From assembly GCA_963716255.1 (NCBI GenBank), contig OY970303.1, positions 1,632,001 to 1,696,000 on the forward strand: 64,000 nt of DNA. The letters run 5' to 3'. Below, piece after piece: positions 30,430-41,043 of this stretch. The stretch comes from an uncultured Gemmatimonadales bacterium (lineage in GTDB: Bacteria; Gemmatimonadota; Gemmatimonadetes; Longimicrobiales; Longimicrobiaceae). Below the pieces are notes generated by a model that was not told the origin of the DNA, did not search any database, and saw nothing but the letters and a program-made list of their open reading frames with translations. Numbering within the stretch: position 1 is the stretch's first letter; the number at the start of each line of letters is the position of its first letter. A program made the translations under genes and the position numbers.

Positions 30430-31191
30430 TCAGCGGGCCATCCAGCCGCCGTCCACCACCAGCACGTGGCCGTTGACGTAGTCGCTCGCGGGGGAGGCCA
30501 GGAACACCACGGCGCCGGCCAGGTCCTCGGCCTCGCCCCAGCGCCCGGCGGGGATGCGCGCCAGGATCTGCTCGGAGCGCGCGGGATCGTCGCGCAGCGC
30601 CTGCGTGTTGTCGGTGCGCATGTAGCCGGGGGCGACGGCGTTCACCTGCACGCCGTGGCGCCCCCACTCGTTGGCGAGCGCCTTGGTCAGCCCTGCGACG
30701 GCGTGCTTGCTCGCGGCGTAGCCGGGGACGGTGATCCCGCCCTGGAAGGAGAGCAGCGAGGCCACGTTGACGATCTTGCCGGCGCCGCGCTCCACCATCC
30801 CCCGCCCGAGGCGCTGCGACAGCAGGAAGACGGCGTCCAGGTTGGTGCGGAGCACCAGGTCCCAGTCCTCCAGAGGGTGCCCGGCGGCGGGGTGGCGGCG
30901 AATGGTGCCGCCGTTGTTGACCAGGATGTCGATGGGCCCGGCCAGCCGCTCGGCCTCGTCGGCCATGGCGAGGGTGGCGGCGCGGTCGGCGAGGTCGGCC
31001 TCCACCTGCCACGCTTCGCGCCCGGCGGCGTGCACGAACGCGGCGGTGTCGTCGGTGCCGGAGCGGCGGGAGCTGGCGCAGACCACGTCCGCCCCCGCTT
31101 CCGCCAGCGCCACCGCGACGGCCTGACCCAGCCCGCGGCTGGCGCCGGTGACCAGGGCGCGCTTCCCCTCCAGCGAGAACGACACGCTCAC
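30430..31191 (-). CDS. kduD: 2-dehydro-3-deoxy-D-gluconate 5-dehydrogenase (SDR)
   Basis: TGASRGLG, ASLLSFQGGITVPGYAASK, ILARIPAGRWG. Adjacent to kduI. Confidence 0.92.
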   Translation of the reverse strand: MSVSFSLEGKRALVTGASRGLGQAVAVALAEAGADVVCASSRRSGTDDTAAFVHAAGREAWQVEADLADRAATLAMADEAERLAGPIDILVNNGGTIRRHPAAGHPLEDWDLVLRTNLDAVFLLSQRLGRGMVERGAGKIVNVASLLSFQGGITVPGYAASKHAVAGLTKALANEWGRHGVQVNAVAPGYMRTDNTQALRDDPARSEQILARIPAGRWGEAEDLAGAVVFLASPASDYVNGHVLVVDGGWMAR

Positions 31192-32477
31192 CGGCCCAGC
31201 TCCAGCGCGGCGAGGATGAACGGGCCCACGCCCTTGTAGTCGTCGGTGACCACCGGCTCGCTGGCGTAGTAGGCGAAGGAGCCGTCGCGCGGCGAGCCGT
31301 CCCTGCGCGGGTTGCCGCCCAGCCCGGACACCTGCACCACGTTGACCAGCGACACGGTGCCGTCCGGGTTCTCGCGCACCAGGTTGGTGAGCAGCCCGTC
31401 GAAGCCGCGCTCGGCCACGGCGCGGTAGCGCGCGTCCACGTAGCCCAGGCGGGCGGCCCTGGCGAGGGCGTAGGCGAACATGCTGCTGGCGCTGGCCTCC
31501 AGGTAGTTGCCGGCGCGGTCGGGCTGGTCCAGCACGTTCCACCACAGGCCGGTGACCGGGTCCTGCACCCGCGCGATCGCCTCGGCGGCGTCGGCCAGGG
31601 TGCGGATGATGGCCGCGCGGTCCGGGTGGTCGGCGGGGAAGTGGTCCAGCGTTTCCACCACGCCCATCACGTACCACCCCATCGCCCGCCCCCAGAAGTT
31701 GGGCGACAGGCCGGTGGCGGTGTCCGCCCAGGGCTGCGCCTTCGCGGCGTCCCAGCCGTGGTACATCAGCCCGGTGCGCGGGTCGCGCGTGTGGCGGGCG
31801 ACGAGCAGGAACTGGCGCGCGATGTCGTCGAAGGCGGCCGGCTCGTTGAAGGTCTTCGCGTACTGCGCGAAGAACGGCTGCGCCATGTACAGCCCGTCCA
31901 GCCACATCTGCTGCGGGTAGATCTTCTTGTGCCAGAAGCCGCCCTCCGCGGTGCGCGGCTGGGTGCGCAGCTGCTCGCGCAGCATGGTGGCGGCGTAGCG
32001 GTAGTGGGGCTCGCGCGTGCGCTGGAGCATGCCGAAGAGCAGGCGCCCCTGCGACACCTCGTCGAGGTTGTATTCGTCCAGCTGGTAGCCGGTGATGTCG
32101 CCCATGTGCGTCACCCACCGCGACATGTTGGCGTCCACGTAGCGGATCATGGCCGCGTCGTTCCGGGCGAGCCCCACGCGCTCCACGGCGCCCAGCACCA
32201 CGCCCGCCGTGTAGTCCCAGCGGCGGTGCGTCTGCGGGCGGCGGCGCATCACCGACTCGGCCGCGCGCACGGACCAGGAGCGGCCGTCGGAGGAGCGGCG
32301 GGCGCGCGGCGCGGCGTGGGGGATGGGGAGCGGGGCGTCGCCGGGCTGCCGGGAGCCCTCGCCCAGCCCCTCGCCGGCCTGGACGTGCGCGACCTGCGCG
32401 TGGGCCGCCCGCGCCGCGAGCGGCGGGACGAGGGCGAGCGCGAGGGCGGCGGCGAGCGTGCGTGCGTGTGTGGTCAT
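31188..32477 (-). CDS. GH105 unsaturated rhamnogalacturonyl hydrolase (YteR-like)
   Basis: WDY..G, GGFWHKKIYPQQMWLDGLYMA, FWGRAMGW, YLEASAS, KGVGPF. Confidence 0.92.
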   Translation of the reverse strand: MTTHARTLAAALALALVPPLAARAAHAQVAHVQAGEGLGEGSRQPGDAPLPIPHAAPRARRSSDGRSWSVRAAESVMRRRPQTHRRWDYTAGVVLGAVERVGLARNDAAMIRYVDANMSRWVTHMGDITGYQLDEYNLDEVSQGRLLFGMLQRTREPHYRYAATMLREQLRTQPRTAEGGFWHKKIYPQQMWLDGLYMAQPFFAQYAKTFNEPAAFDDIARQFLLVARHTRDPRTGLMYHGWDAAKAQPWADTATGLSPNFWGRAMGWYVMGVVETLDHFPADHPDRAAIIRTLADAAEAIARVQDPVTGLWWNVLDQPDRAGNYLEASASSMFAYALARAARLGYVDARYRAVAERGFDGLLTNLVRENPDGTVSLVNVVQVSGLGGNPRRDGSPRDGSFAYYASEPVVTDDYKGVGPFILAALELGR

Positions 32478-32542
32478 GGCGCGGGCGAGGGTCTGTGGGA
32501 GCGCCGGCGGGGCGGCGGCGGCGGCGGGGGTGGAGGCGGGGC

Positions 32543-34096
32543 TCACCGCGCCTCCGGACGCGCGGGGACCGGCGGCGTCCGCACGTCGCTGGGGAGCGCG
32601 TCGGCGTCCGTCCTGGGGCCGGCCAGGTGCGACGTGGGCGTGGCGGGGCTGCCGTTGATGAGCACGCGCTCGAAGCGGAGACCGCGCGCGCCCTCGGTCA
32701 CGTTGCCGCGCTCCACGCCGTCGAAGCGGCAGTCGACGACGCGCACGTCCGAGATCTCGGACTTTTCGTAGGCGCGCATGTACAGCCCGTACCTGCTCCT
32801 GCGGCTGGTGACGCCGCGCATCTCCACGTCGCGGATCACCGGCACGAACGGCCCCGCCTGCCCTTCCTCGTAGTACAGGTCCACGCTGAGGACCGCGTCG
32901 GCGACCTCGCCCACGCGCACGTTGCGCATGTACACATGCTCCAGCACGCCCCCGCGCAGCGCGTTGTTCTTGAAGCGCAGCGCGCGGTCCAGCACCGGCG
33001 AGTCCATCTCGCAGTCCTCCACGAACACGTTCCTCACGTGGCCGCTGATCTCGCTGCCGATGGTGACGCCGCCGTGCCCTTCCTTCATGCGGCAGCGGCG
33101 GACGACGATGTTCTCGCTGGGCACGTCCACGCGGCGCCCGTCGGCGTTGCGCCCGCTCTTGATGGCGATGCAGTCGTCGCCCGTGTCGAAGAGGCAGTCC
33201 TCGATCAGCACGTCGCGGCACGACTCGGGGTCGCAGCCGTCGTTGTTGGGGCCGTGCGTGTCGATCCTGACGCCGCGCACCGTCACGTTGGTGCACAGGA
33301 CCGGGTGGATCTCCCACATGGGGGAGTTGACGATGGTCACCCCCTCGATCAGCACGTTGCGGCAGCGGTACGGCTGGATGAACTGCGGGCGCAGGTACGA
33401 GCCCTCCGCGAACACCCGCCGCTCCACCGGCACGCCGGCCTCCACCATCTCCCCCAGGCGGGCGCGGGCGGCGAGCTGGTTGGGGAGCGGGGCGTTCCTG
33501 CCGCCCTTCCACGGCCACCAGTGCGCCTCGTCCGCCTGCCCGTCCAGCGTCCCCTCGCCGGTGACCGCGACGTTCTCCTGCTCCCAGGCGTAGATGAGCG
33601 GCGAGTAGCCCATCATCTCCATCCCCTCCCAGCGCGTGAACACCGCCGGCAGGTACGCCGCGGGATCCCGGCTGAAGGCGACCGTCGCCCCGCGCTGCAC
33701 GTGCAGGTTCACGCCGCTGCGCAGGTGGATGGGCCCGGTGAGCCAGCGCCCGGCCGGCACCGTCACCCGCCCGCCGCCGGCCTCGTGGCAGGCCGCGATG
33801 GCCCTCCGGAAGGCCCCGGTGTTGTCCGTGGTTCCGTCGCCCACGCCGCCGAAGCCGGTGACCGGGAAGTCGCGCGCGGGGAAGACGGGGGGGCGGATGC
33901 GCGCCAGGATCCCGGGGACCATCGCCCATCCCGTGCCCGCGCCGGCGCCCGCGGACCCGGAGGCCGCCGCCGTCCCGGGGAGCGCGGCTCCGGACACGGC
34001 GCAGCCGGGGAGCAGGCCGGGGACGAGCACGGCGGCTCCGGCGCCCAGCGACAGCGCGCGTACGAACTCGCGGCGGGACAGCATGGGGTCGTGCAT
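32543..34096 (-). CDS. GH28 polygalacturonase family, Tat signal
   Basis: SRREFV signal. Catalytic motifs NNDG, GDDCIAIKSG, GHGG. Confidence 0.93.
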   Translation of the reverse strand: MHDPMLSRREFVRALSLGAGAAVLVPGLLPGCAVSGAALPGTAAASGSAGAGAGTGWAMVPGILARIRPPVFPARDFPVTGFGGVGDGTTDNTGAFRRAIAACHEAGGGRVTVPAGRWLTGPIHLRSGVNLHVQRGATVAFSRDPAAYLPAVFTRWEGMEMMGYSPLIYAWEQENVAVTGEGTLDGQADEAHWWPWKGGRNAPLPNQLAARARLGEMVEAGVPVERRVFAEGSYLRPQFIQPYRCRNVLIEGVTIVNSPMWEIHPVLCTNVTVRGVRIDTHGPNNDGCDPESCRDVLIEDCLFDTGDDCIAIKSGRNADGRRVDVPSENIVVRRCRMKEGHGGVTIGSEISGHVRNVFVEDCEMDSPVLDRALRFKNNALRGGVLEHVYMRNVRVGEVADAVLSVDLYYEEGQAGPFVPVIRDVEMRGVTSRRSRYGLYMRAYEKSEISDVRVVDCRFDGVERGNVTEGARGLRFERVLINGSPATPTSHLAGPRTDADALPSDVRTPPVPARPEAR

Positions 34097-34138
34097 GCGG
34101 CTCTCCGGGCCCCCGCGGGCCCCGACGGGGTGAGGGGG

Positions 34139-35359
34139 CTACGCCACCTGCGGCGCGGCGAACACCGGCGCGGCCACCAGCGCCGTGGCGCCGCGGAGCC
34201 GGGGATGGGTGCTGGTCTGCTCGGGGATGATGGGGGTGGCGGCGGCGGCGCGGGTGAGCGCGCGCCCCTCCACCTCGGCGCGCACCAGGTCGGCGACCAG
34301 GTCCCAGGCGGAGGTGATCTCGCCGCCCACCACGATGCGCGACGGGTTCATGGAGTTGACGATGGTCGCCAGCCCCAGCCCCAGGTAGCGGCCGGTCTCG
34401 CGCAGCGCGGCCAGGGCGCGGGCGTCGCCGGTGCGCGCGCGGGTCACCAGGTCGGCGAAGGTGACCTCGTGGTGCTTGAGGAGCTCGCGGTTCTCGGCGG
34501 GGGACAGGTCCTGCCCGCCCAGGTAGCGGGCCAGCGTGGCCAGGTTGGAGGTGTACGCTTCCCAGCAGCCGCGCGACCCGCACAGGCACAGGGGGCCGTC
34601 CGGGTTGATGGGCACGTGCCCGAACTCGCCGGCGGTGTGGCCGTGGCCGCGCACCACCTGCCCGTTCACCACCACCCCGGCGCCCACGCCGTCCGATACG
34701 GTGACGTACACGAAGTCTCCCGCCCCGTCGCCGCGCTCGCCCAGCCACATGTGCGCCAGCGCGCAGGCCAGCGGCGCGTTCTCGATCTGCACGGGCAGCT
34801 CCAGCGCCTCCTCCAGGGCGTCGCGGATGTCCACGTCGCGCCACCCCAGCTGCGGCGAGTTGAGGATGCGGCCGGTGCCGCGGTCCACCATCCCCGGCAC
34901 CACCAGCCCCACCCCCTCCACCTGCCACTTGGCGGCGTAGGTGTCCACCATGCGCTCCACCCGCCGCGCGATCTCGGCCACCAGCGTCGCCGGGTCGAAT
35001 TCGGTCTCGAAGCTTTCCAGCGCGAGCTGCGTCCCCGAGAAGTCGCTGAGCATGACGTAGGTGCGCGAGAAGCGCACGTCCACCGCAACCACCAGGCGGT
35101 CGCGGGTGCGGACGAACAGCATGGTGGGCTTGCGCCCGCGCGGCGCCTCGCCCACGGCCCCCTCCATGATGGCGCCGTCGGCGAGCAGCTCGTTGGCGAG
35201 CGTGGTCACCATCCCGCGCCCCACCTCCATGCGGCGCGCCAGGTCGGCGCGGGAGATGGGCTGGTGCTCGCGCACCAGGTTGAGGAGGATCTTGCGGTTG
35301 ATGTCCCGCGACGTGGAGCGCGTGGCGCGCTTGAAGTCGCGCGTGTTGATCTTTCTCAT
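34139..35359 (-). CDS. ROK family transcriptional regulator (copy 1)
   Basis: HTH PISRADLAR, GRKP, ROK motif AGEFGH...CLCGSRGCWE. Confidence 0.93.
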   Translation of the reverse strand: MRKINTRDFKRATRSTSRDINRKILLNLVREHQPISRADLARRMEVGRGMVTTLANELLADGAIMEGAVGEAPRGRKPTMLFVRTRDRLVVAVDVRFSRTYVMLSDFSGTQLALESFETEFDPATLVAEIARRVERMVDTYAAKWQVEGVGLVVPGMVDRGTGRILNSPQLGWRDVDIRDALEEALELPVQIENAPLACALAHMWLGERGDGAGDFVYVTVSDGVGAGVVVNGQVVRGHGHTAGEFGHVPINPDGPLCLCGSRGCWEAYTSNLATLARYLGGQDLSPAENRELLKHHEVTFADLVTRARTGDARALAALRETGRYLGLGLATIVNSMNPSRIVVGGEITSAWDLVADLVRAEVEGRALTRAAAATPIIPEQTSTHPRLRGATALVAAPVFAAPQVA

Positions 35360-35460
35360 CGGCGTCGGCTGGGCAGCGGGAACCTCTGGCCGCGGGGACG
35401 GCCCTGCATGATACCCTCCGGCGGGAGCCCGGACGAGGGGCCGGCACGAGCCCCTTGCGT

Positions 35461-35481
35461 TTTGTTCGTCGCAAGAACAAA
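35461..35481. promoter_or_regulatory. Palindromic operator TTTGTTC-N7-GAACAAA
   Basis: Perfect inverted repeat in the divergent ROK/uxaC promoter region. Confidence 0.7.
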
Positions 35482-35568
35482 TTGGGGTGAAGCGGGTCGG
35501 GACGCAAGGGTCTCGCGGGACGTCGGCGCAGTCACGGACCGGTCCGGGCACCCTCTTCTCGCGGCACA

Positions 35569-35589
35569 AATGTTCCGACTACGAACAAT
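35569..35589. promoter_or_regulatory. Second operator copy AATGTTC-N7-GAACAAT
   Basis: Same motif and spacing upstream of uxaC. Confidence 0.65.
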
Positions 35590-35706
35590 CATGCACGGGA
35601 ACGCCGCATTCCGCCACCCGGCGCGGAACGGCGCGTCGTCCCGGCTCCTCCGTCCCGCGGCGGGAACGGGCGCTCCGCGCACCGGCCCCGCTCCCCGCGC
35701 TCTTTC

Positions 35707-37221
35707 ATGGACAACCCCGTGATCCCGTCCCCCCGGCAGGCCGGCCCGGCACCCCTCGGCGGCGCGCTCGTCCTGCACGAGGATCGCTTCTTCGACCCGG
35801 ACCCCACGGTCCGCGGCCTGGCCCGCGCGATCTACGGGGAGACCCGGGACCTCCCGCTGGTGTGCCCGCACGGGCACGTGGACCCGCGGCTGCTGGCCGA
35901 CAACGAGCCGTTCCCGGAGCCCACGGCGCTCATCGTCGTCCCGGACCACTACATCTTCCGGATGCTGTACTCGCGGGGCGTTCCCCTGGAGTCGCTGGGC
36001 GTCCCCGCGCGCGACGGCACCCCCGTGGAGGGCGACCCGCGCCGCATCTGGCAGCTCTTCGGCGACCACTACCACCTGTTCCGCGGCACGCCCACCGGGG
36101 CGTGGCTGGACCACGAGCTGGGCGAGGTCTTCGGGGTGCGGCGGAAGCTGACGGGAGCGACCGCGCAGCAGGTGTACGACGAGATCGCGGAAAAGCTGTC
36201 CTCGCCGGAGTTCCTGCCGCGCGCGCTCTTCGAGCGCTTCAACATCGAGGTGCTCACCACCACCGACGCCGCCGCGGACACGCTGGAGCACCACCGGGCG
36301 ATCCGCGAATCGGGGTGGGGCGGGCGCGTGGTCCCCACCTTCCGCCCGGACGCCGTGCTCCGCATCGCCGCGCCGGGGTGGATCGCCGAGGTGGAGCGGC
36401 TGGCGGGCGCCCACGGACGGACGGTGGCCGACTACGCCGGCTTCGTGGCCGCGCTGGAGGAGCGCCGCACATTCTTCCGCTCGCTGGGCGCGACGTCCAC
36501 CGACCACGCGGTGCTGGAGCCGTACACCGGGCGCCTGCCGGACGCGGAGGCCGCGCGCCTCTTCCGCAAGGCGCAGGACGGCCGGGCCGACGCTGCGGAC
36601 CAGCGCCGCTTCGAGGCGCACATGCTGATGGAGATGGCCCGCATGTCCACGGAGGACGGCATGGTCATGCAGCTCCACCCGGGCGCGCTGCGCGACCACA
36701 ACGCGCGGGTGTTCGAGCGCTTCGGGCTGGACAAGGGGGCCGACATCCCCGTGGCCACGGAGTACACGCGCAACCTGCGCGAGCTGCTGAACGCCTACGG
36801 CAACGACCCGCGGCTGACGCTGGTGCTGTTCACGCTGGACGAGTCCACGTACGCGCGGGAGCTGGCGCCGCTGGCCGGGCACTACCCGGCGCTGCGGCTG
36901 GGGCCGCCCTGGTGGTTCCACGACAGCCCCGAGGGGATGAAGCGCTTCCGCGAGCGCACCACGGAAACGGCCGGCATCTACAACACCGCCGGCTTCAACG
37001 ACGACACGCGCGCCTTCTGCTCCATCCCCGCGCGGCACGACCTGGCGCGGCGCGTGGACGCCAACTGGCTCGCCGGGCTGGTGGCCCGCCACGTGGTGGA
37101 GCTGGACGAGGCGCGCGAGATGGCCCGCGCGCTGGCCTACGACCTGGCGCGCGAGGCGTACCGATTGGACGGCGAAACGACGAAGCAGGGCGCCCTTTCC
37201 GGCGCCGCGGCCGCGGACTGA
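35707..37221 (+). CDS. uxaC: Uronate isomerase
   Basis: CPHGHVDP, PDHY, PTFRPD, WWFHDS, GFNDDTRAFCSIPARHD. Confidence 0.95.
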   Translation: MDNPVIPSPRQAGPAPLGGALVLHEDRFFDPDPTVRGLARAIYGETRDLPLVCPHGHVDPRLLADNEPFPEPTALIVVPDHYIFRMLYSRGVPLESLGVPARDGTPVEGDPRRIWQLFGDHYHLFRGTPTGAWLDHELGEVFGVRRKLTGATAQQVYDEIAEKLSSPEFLPRALFERFNIEVLTTTDAAADTLEHHRAIRESGWGGRVVPTFRPDAVLRIAAPGWIAEVERLAGAHGRTVADYAGFVAALEERRTFFRSLGATSTDHAVLEPYTGRLPDAEAARLFRKAQDGRADAADQRRFEAHMLMEMARMSTEDGMVMQLHPGALRDHNARVFERFGLDKGADIPVATEYTRNLRELLNAYGNDPRLTLVLFTLDESTYARELAPLAGHYPALRLGPPWWFHDSPEGMKRFRERTTETAGIYNTAGFNDDTRAFCSIPARHDLARRVDANWLAGLVARHVVELDEAREMARALAYDLAREAYRLDGETTKQGALSGAAAAD

Positions 37222-37236
37222 CCCGGAGGAGCACGC

Positions 37237-38754
37237 ATGTCCACGCCGACGGAAGCCGCCGCGAAGCCCGAGGTCGTGCGCATTCACCCCGCGGACAACG
37301 TGGTGGTGGCGACGGAGGCGCTTCCCGCCGGCCGCGAGGTGGGGGCGGAGGGGGAGCGCGTCGTCCTGCGCGACCCGGTGCCGGCGGGGCACAAGGTCGC
37401 CGTGCGCGCCCTGGAGGCCGGGGAGGCGGTGGTCAAGTACGGCTTTCCCATCGGCGTGGCGACGGAAGCGGTGCCGGCGGGCGGGTGGGTGCACTCCCAC
37501 AACCTGCGCACCGGCCTTTCCGGGACGCTGGACTACCGCTACGAGCCGGTGCGGAGCGCGGTGGAGATGCCGGCCGTGATGCCCACCTTCCTGGGCTACC
37601 GCCGCGCCGGCGGGCGGGTGGGGACGCGCAACGAGGTGTGGATCGTCAACACCGTGGGCTGCGTCAACACGGCCGCGGAGCGCATCGCCCGCGCCGCGTC
37701 CGAGCGCTTCGCCGGGCGGGTGGACGGGGTGCACGCCTTCTCCCACCCTTACGGGTGCAGCCAGCTGGGCGACGACCTGGAAAACACCCGCAGGGTGCTG
37801 GCGGGGCTGATCCGCCACCCCAACGCGGGCGGGGTGCTGGTGCTGGGGCTGGGGTGCGAGAACAACCAGATGGCCGCGCTGCTGGCGCTCGCCGGCGAGG
37901 TGGACGCCGCCCGCATCCGCTTCTTCAACACGCAGGACGTGGTGGACGAGGTGGAGGAGGGCATAGACCGGGTGGAGGAGCTGGTGATCGCCATGGAGGG
38001 CGACCGGCGCGTGGAGTGCCCCGCCTCGGAGCTGGTGCTGGGCCACAAGTGCGGCGGCTCGGACGGCTTCAGCGGCATCTCCGCCAACCCGCTGGTGGGG
38101 CGCATCGCCGACCGCGTCACCGCGCTGGGCGGCGGGGTGATCCTCACCGAGGTGCCGGAGATGTTCGGGGCCGAGCAGCTGCTGATGAACCGCGCCGCCG
38201 GCGAGGAGGTGTTCCGCGGCGTGGTGCGGATGGTCAACGACTTCAAGGAGTACTTCCTCCGCCACGGCCAGACCGTGTACGAGAACCCCTCGCCCGGAAA
38301 CAAGGCGGGCGGGCTCACCACGCTGGAGGAAAAGTCGCTGGGCGCCATCCAGAAGGGCGGGCAGGCCACGGTGTCGCAGGTGCTGCGCTACGGCGAGCCG
38401 GCGTCCAGGAGCGGGCTCGCCCTGCTTGAAGCGCCGGGCAACGACGGCGTGTCGTGCACGGCGATGGTCGCCAGCGGCGCCACCCTGCTGCTCTTCACCA
38501 CCGGCCGGGGGACGCCGCTGGGCTTCCCCGTCCCCACCCTCAAGATCGCCTCCAACTCGGCCATCGCCGCGAAGAAGCCGCACTGGATCGACTTCAACGC
38601 CGGCGCGCTGCTGGATGGCACGGCCACGCTGGACGGGCTGGCGGACGAGCTGCTGGCGCTGGTGCTGGACGTGGCCTCCGGGCGCCGGCTCGCCAACAAC
38701 GAGAAGCACGGCTACCGCGAGATCGCCATCTGGAAGGAAGGAGTGACGCTGTGA
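37237..38754 (+). CDS. uxaA: Altronate dehydratase
   Basis: SAF domain, HPYGCSQLGDD, GLGCENN, CGGSDGFSGISANP, NPSPGNKAGG. Confidence 0.95.
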   Translation: MSTPTEAAAKPEVVRIHPADNVVVATEALPAGREVGAEGERVVLRDPVPAGHKVAVRALEAGEAVVKYGFPIGVATEAVPAGGWVHSHNLRTGLSGTLDYRYEPVRSAVEMPAVMPTFLGYRRAGGRVGTRNEVWIVNTVGCVNTAAERIARAASERFAGRVDGVHAFSHPYGCSQLGDDLENTRRVLAGLIRHPNAGGVLVLGLGCENNQMAALLALAGEVDAARIRFFNTQDVVDEVEEGIDRVEELVIAMEGDRRVECPASELVLGHKCGGSDGFSGISANPLVGRIADRVTALGGGVILTEVPEMFGAEQLLMNRAAGEEVFRGVVRMVNDFKEYFLRHGQTVYENPSPGNKAGGLTTLEEKSLGAIQKGGQATVSQVLRYGEPASRSGLALLEAPGNDGVSCTAMVASGATLLLFTTGRGTPLGFPVPTLKIASNSAIAAKKPHWIDFNAGALLDGTATLDGLADELLALVLDVASGRRLANNEKHGYREIAIWKEGVTL

Positions 38755-40295
38755 CGCAGGGCCTCCCCACCCTCGGCCGCGCGCTGGCGGCGTCGCCGGC
38801 CTTCCAGGCGCGGCGCGACATCGCGGCCCCCGCGCCGGAGCTGCTGGAGCTCCCCGAGAAGGCGGTGCAGTTCGGCACCGGGGCGTTCCTGCGCGGCTTC
38901 GTGGACTTCTTCCTGGACGCCGCCAACCGCGCCGGCCGCTTCGGCGGGCGGGTGGTGATGGTGGGCTCCACCGGGAGCGGGCGCGACCAGGTGGTCAACG
39001 ACCAGGACGGGCTGTACACCCTGTCGGTGCAGGGGATCGCCGACGGTGCGCCGCGCCGCGAGCACCGCGTGGTGGGCTCCGTGAGCCGCGCGCTCTCCGC
39101 GGCGGACGACTGGCCGGCGGTGCTGGCCTGCGCGCGCGCGCCGGAGCTGGAGCTGGTGTTCTCCAACACCACCGAGGTGGGGATCGCGCTGGACGAGGAG
39201 GACCAGCCGGACATGGATCCGCCGCGCTCCTTTCCGGGGAAGCTCGCCCGCTTCCTGTACGAGCGCGCCCGCGCCTTCGATTTCGACCCGGCGCGCGGCG
39301 TGGTGGTGCTCCCCTGCGAGCTGATCGAGGACAACGGCGACCGGCTGCGCGGCATCGTGCTGGCCCTGGCGGAGCGCTGGGGGCTGGGAGAGGAGTTCGC
39401 CCGCTGGATCCGGGACGCGGTCCCCTTCTGCAACACGCTGGTGGACCGCATCGTCCCCGGCGCGCCCACGGGGGCGCAGCGCGAGGAGATCGTCGCGGAG
39501 CTGGGCTACCAGGACGCGCTGCTCACCGCCTGCGAGCCCTACCGCCTGTTCGCCATCCAGGCCGGCGGGCCCGTGCGGGAGCGGCTGGGCTTCGCCGCGG
39601 CGGACGCGGGCGTGGTGCTCACCGGCGACGTGGGGCCCTTCCGCGAGCGCAAGGTGCGTCTCCTCAACGGCGCGCACACCGTCACCGTGTCCGCCGCGCT
39701 CCTGGCGGGGTGCGCGACGGTGCGCGAGGCCGTGGAGCACGAGGCGGTGGGCCGCCTGCTGCGCCGCGCCCTCTTCGAGGAGATCGCGCCCTTCGTGGAG
39801 GCTCCCGGCGCCGACGCTTTCGTGCGCGAGGTGCTGGACCGGTTCGCCAACCCGTACGTGCACCACGCGCTCTGGGACATCACCCTCCAGGCGACGATGA
39901 AGATGCGGGTGCGGGTGGTTCCCTCCGTCCTGCAGTACGCGGCCCGCACGGGCCGCGCGCCGGAGTCGCTGGCCTTCGGCTTCGCGGCGTACCTGCTGTT
40001 CATGCGCGGCGACCTGCTGGCGGCGCGGCGCGAGGCCGGCCTCCCCGTCCCCGCCGACGACCAGGGCGAGCGGATGCGCGGCCTGTGGAGCGCCCTCCCG
40101 GACGCGTCGCCCGCGGCGCTGCGAGGGCTGGCCCGCGCCGCCTGCGCGGACGCGGACACCTGGGGCGCCGACCTGGGAGCGGTGCCGGGCTTCGCGGAGG
40201 CCGTGGGCGACGCGCTGGCGCACGCCTGCGCGGAGGGCGTCCCGGCGGCGCTGGAAGCGCACCTGGCCGCCCACGCGGCTTCGCCCGCCCGGTAG
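38751..40295 (+). CDS. uxaB: Tagaturonate reductase
   Basis: QFGTGAFLRGF, SNTTEVGI, SFPGKL, PCELI, NTLVDRIVPG, RKVRLLNGAHT. Confidence 0.92.
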   Translation: MTQGLPTLGRALAASPAFQARRDIAAPAPELLELPEKAVQFGTGAFLRGFVDFFLDAANRAGRFGGRVVMVGSTGSGRDQVVNDQDGLYTLSVQGIADGAPRREHRVVGSVSRALSAADDWPAVLACARAPELELVFSNTTEVGIALDEEDQPDMDPPRSFPGKLARFLYERARAFDFDPARGVVVLPCELIEDNGDRLRGIVLALAERWGLGEEFARWIRDAVPFCNTLVDRIVPGAPTGAQREEIVAELGYQDALLTACEPYRLFAIQAGGPVRERLGFAAADAGVVLTGDVGPFRERKVRLLNGAHTVTVSAALLAGCATVREAVEHEAVGRLLRRALFEEIAPFVEAPGADAFVREVLDRFANPYVHHALWDITLQATMKMRVRVVPSVLQYAARTGRAPESLAFGFAAYLLFMRGDLLAARREAGLPVPADDQGERMRGLWSALPDASPAALRGLARAACADADTWGADLGAVPGFAEAVGDALAHACAEGVPAALEAHLAAHAASPAR

Positions 40296-40353
40296 CGGGC
40301 GCTCAGGCCCGCCGCCGCGAACGGACGTTCCATCACCCTCTGGGCACCGAGAG

Positions 40354-41043
40354 ATGACCGCTACGCAGGCCCCTCCTCCCACCACCGAGCGCGAGCGGAC
40401 CGTGCGGCGCCTGTGCGCGCTGGGCGCCGTGGCCGTGGTCCGCCTCCGCGACGCCGCCGCCGTGGAGCGCGTGGCCGAGGCGCTGCACGCCGGGGGCGTC
40501 CTGGCCATCGAGCTGACGGTGACCACCGCGGGCGCGGCGGAAGCCATCGGGCGGCTGTCGCGCGCCGCGGGCGGCGACCTGCTGGTGGGCGCCGGCTCGG
40601 TGCTGGACCGCGACACGGCGCGCCGCGTGGTGGAGGCGGGGGCGCTCTACGTGGTGAGCCCGGTGTTCCGCGAGGAGGTGGTGCGGGAGGCGCACCGGCT
40701 GGGCGCCGCGGCGCTCCCGGGGGCGTTCACCCCCACCGAGATCCTGGACGCGCACCAGGCCGGGGCGGACGCGGTCAAGGTGTTCCCGGCGGACCCGCTG
40801 GGACCCGCCTTCATCCGCGGCGTCCTCGCGCCCATGCCGTTCCTGCGGCTGGTCCCCACCGGCGGGGTGACGCCGGAGAACGCGGCGGAGTGGCTGCGCG
40901 CCGGCGCCGCCGCCGTGGGGCTGGGGAGCGCGCTGGTGGACCCCCGGCTGGTGGAGGCCGGCGACTGGGCGGCGCTGACGGCGCGCGCCCGCCGGCTGGC
41001 CGCCGGGGTGGCGGAGGCGCGCGGCGCCGGGGGGGCCCGGTGA
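40354..41043 (+). CDS. eda: KDPG/KHG aldolase
   Basis: [26 protein letters not shown]. Confidence 0.93.
   Translation: MTATQAPPPTTERERTVRRLCALGAVAVVRLRDAAAVERVAEALHAGGVLAIELTVTTAGAAEAIGRLSRAAGGDLLVGAGSVLDRDTARRVVEAGALYVVSPVFREEVVREAHRLGAAALPGAFTPTEILDAHQAGADAVKVFPADPLGPAFIRGVLAPMPFLRLVPTGGVTPENAAEWLRAGAAAVGLGSALVDPRLVEAGDWAALTARARRLAAGVAEARGAGGAR

Noticed and set aside
31188..35507. 1439-aa ORF suggesting a giant GH105 fusion
   Set aside because: Only the last ~430 aa are GH105. The upstream part is an off-frame read-through of the GH28 and ROK genes.
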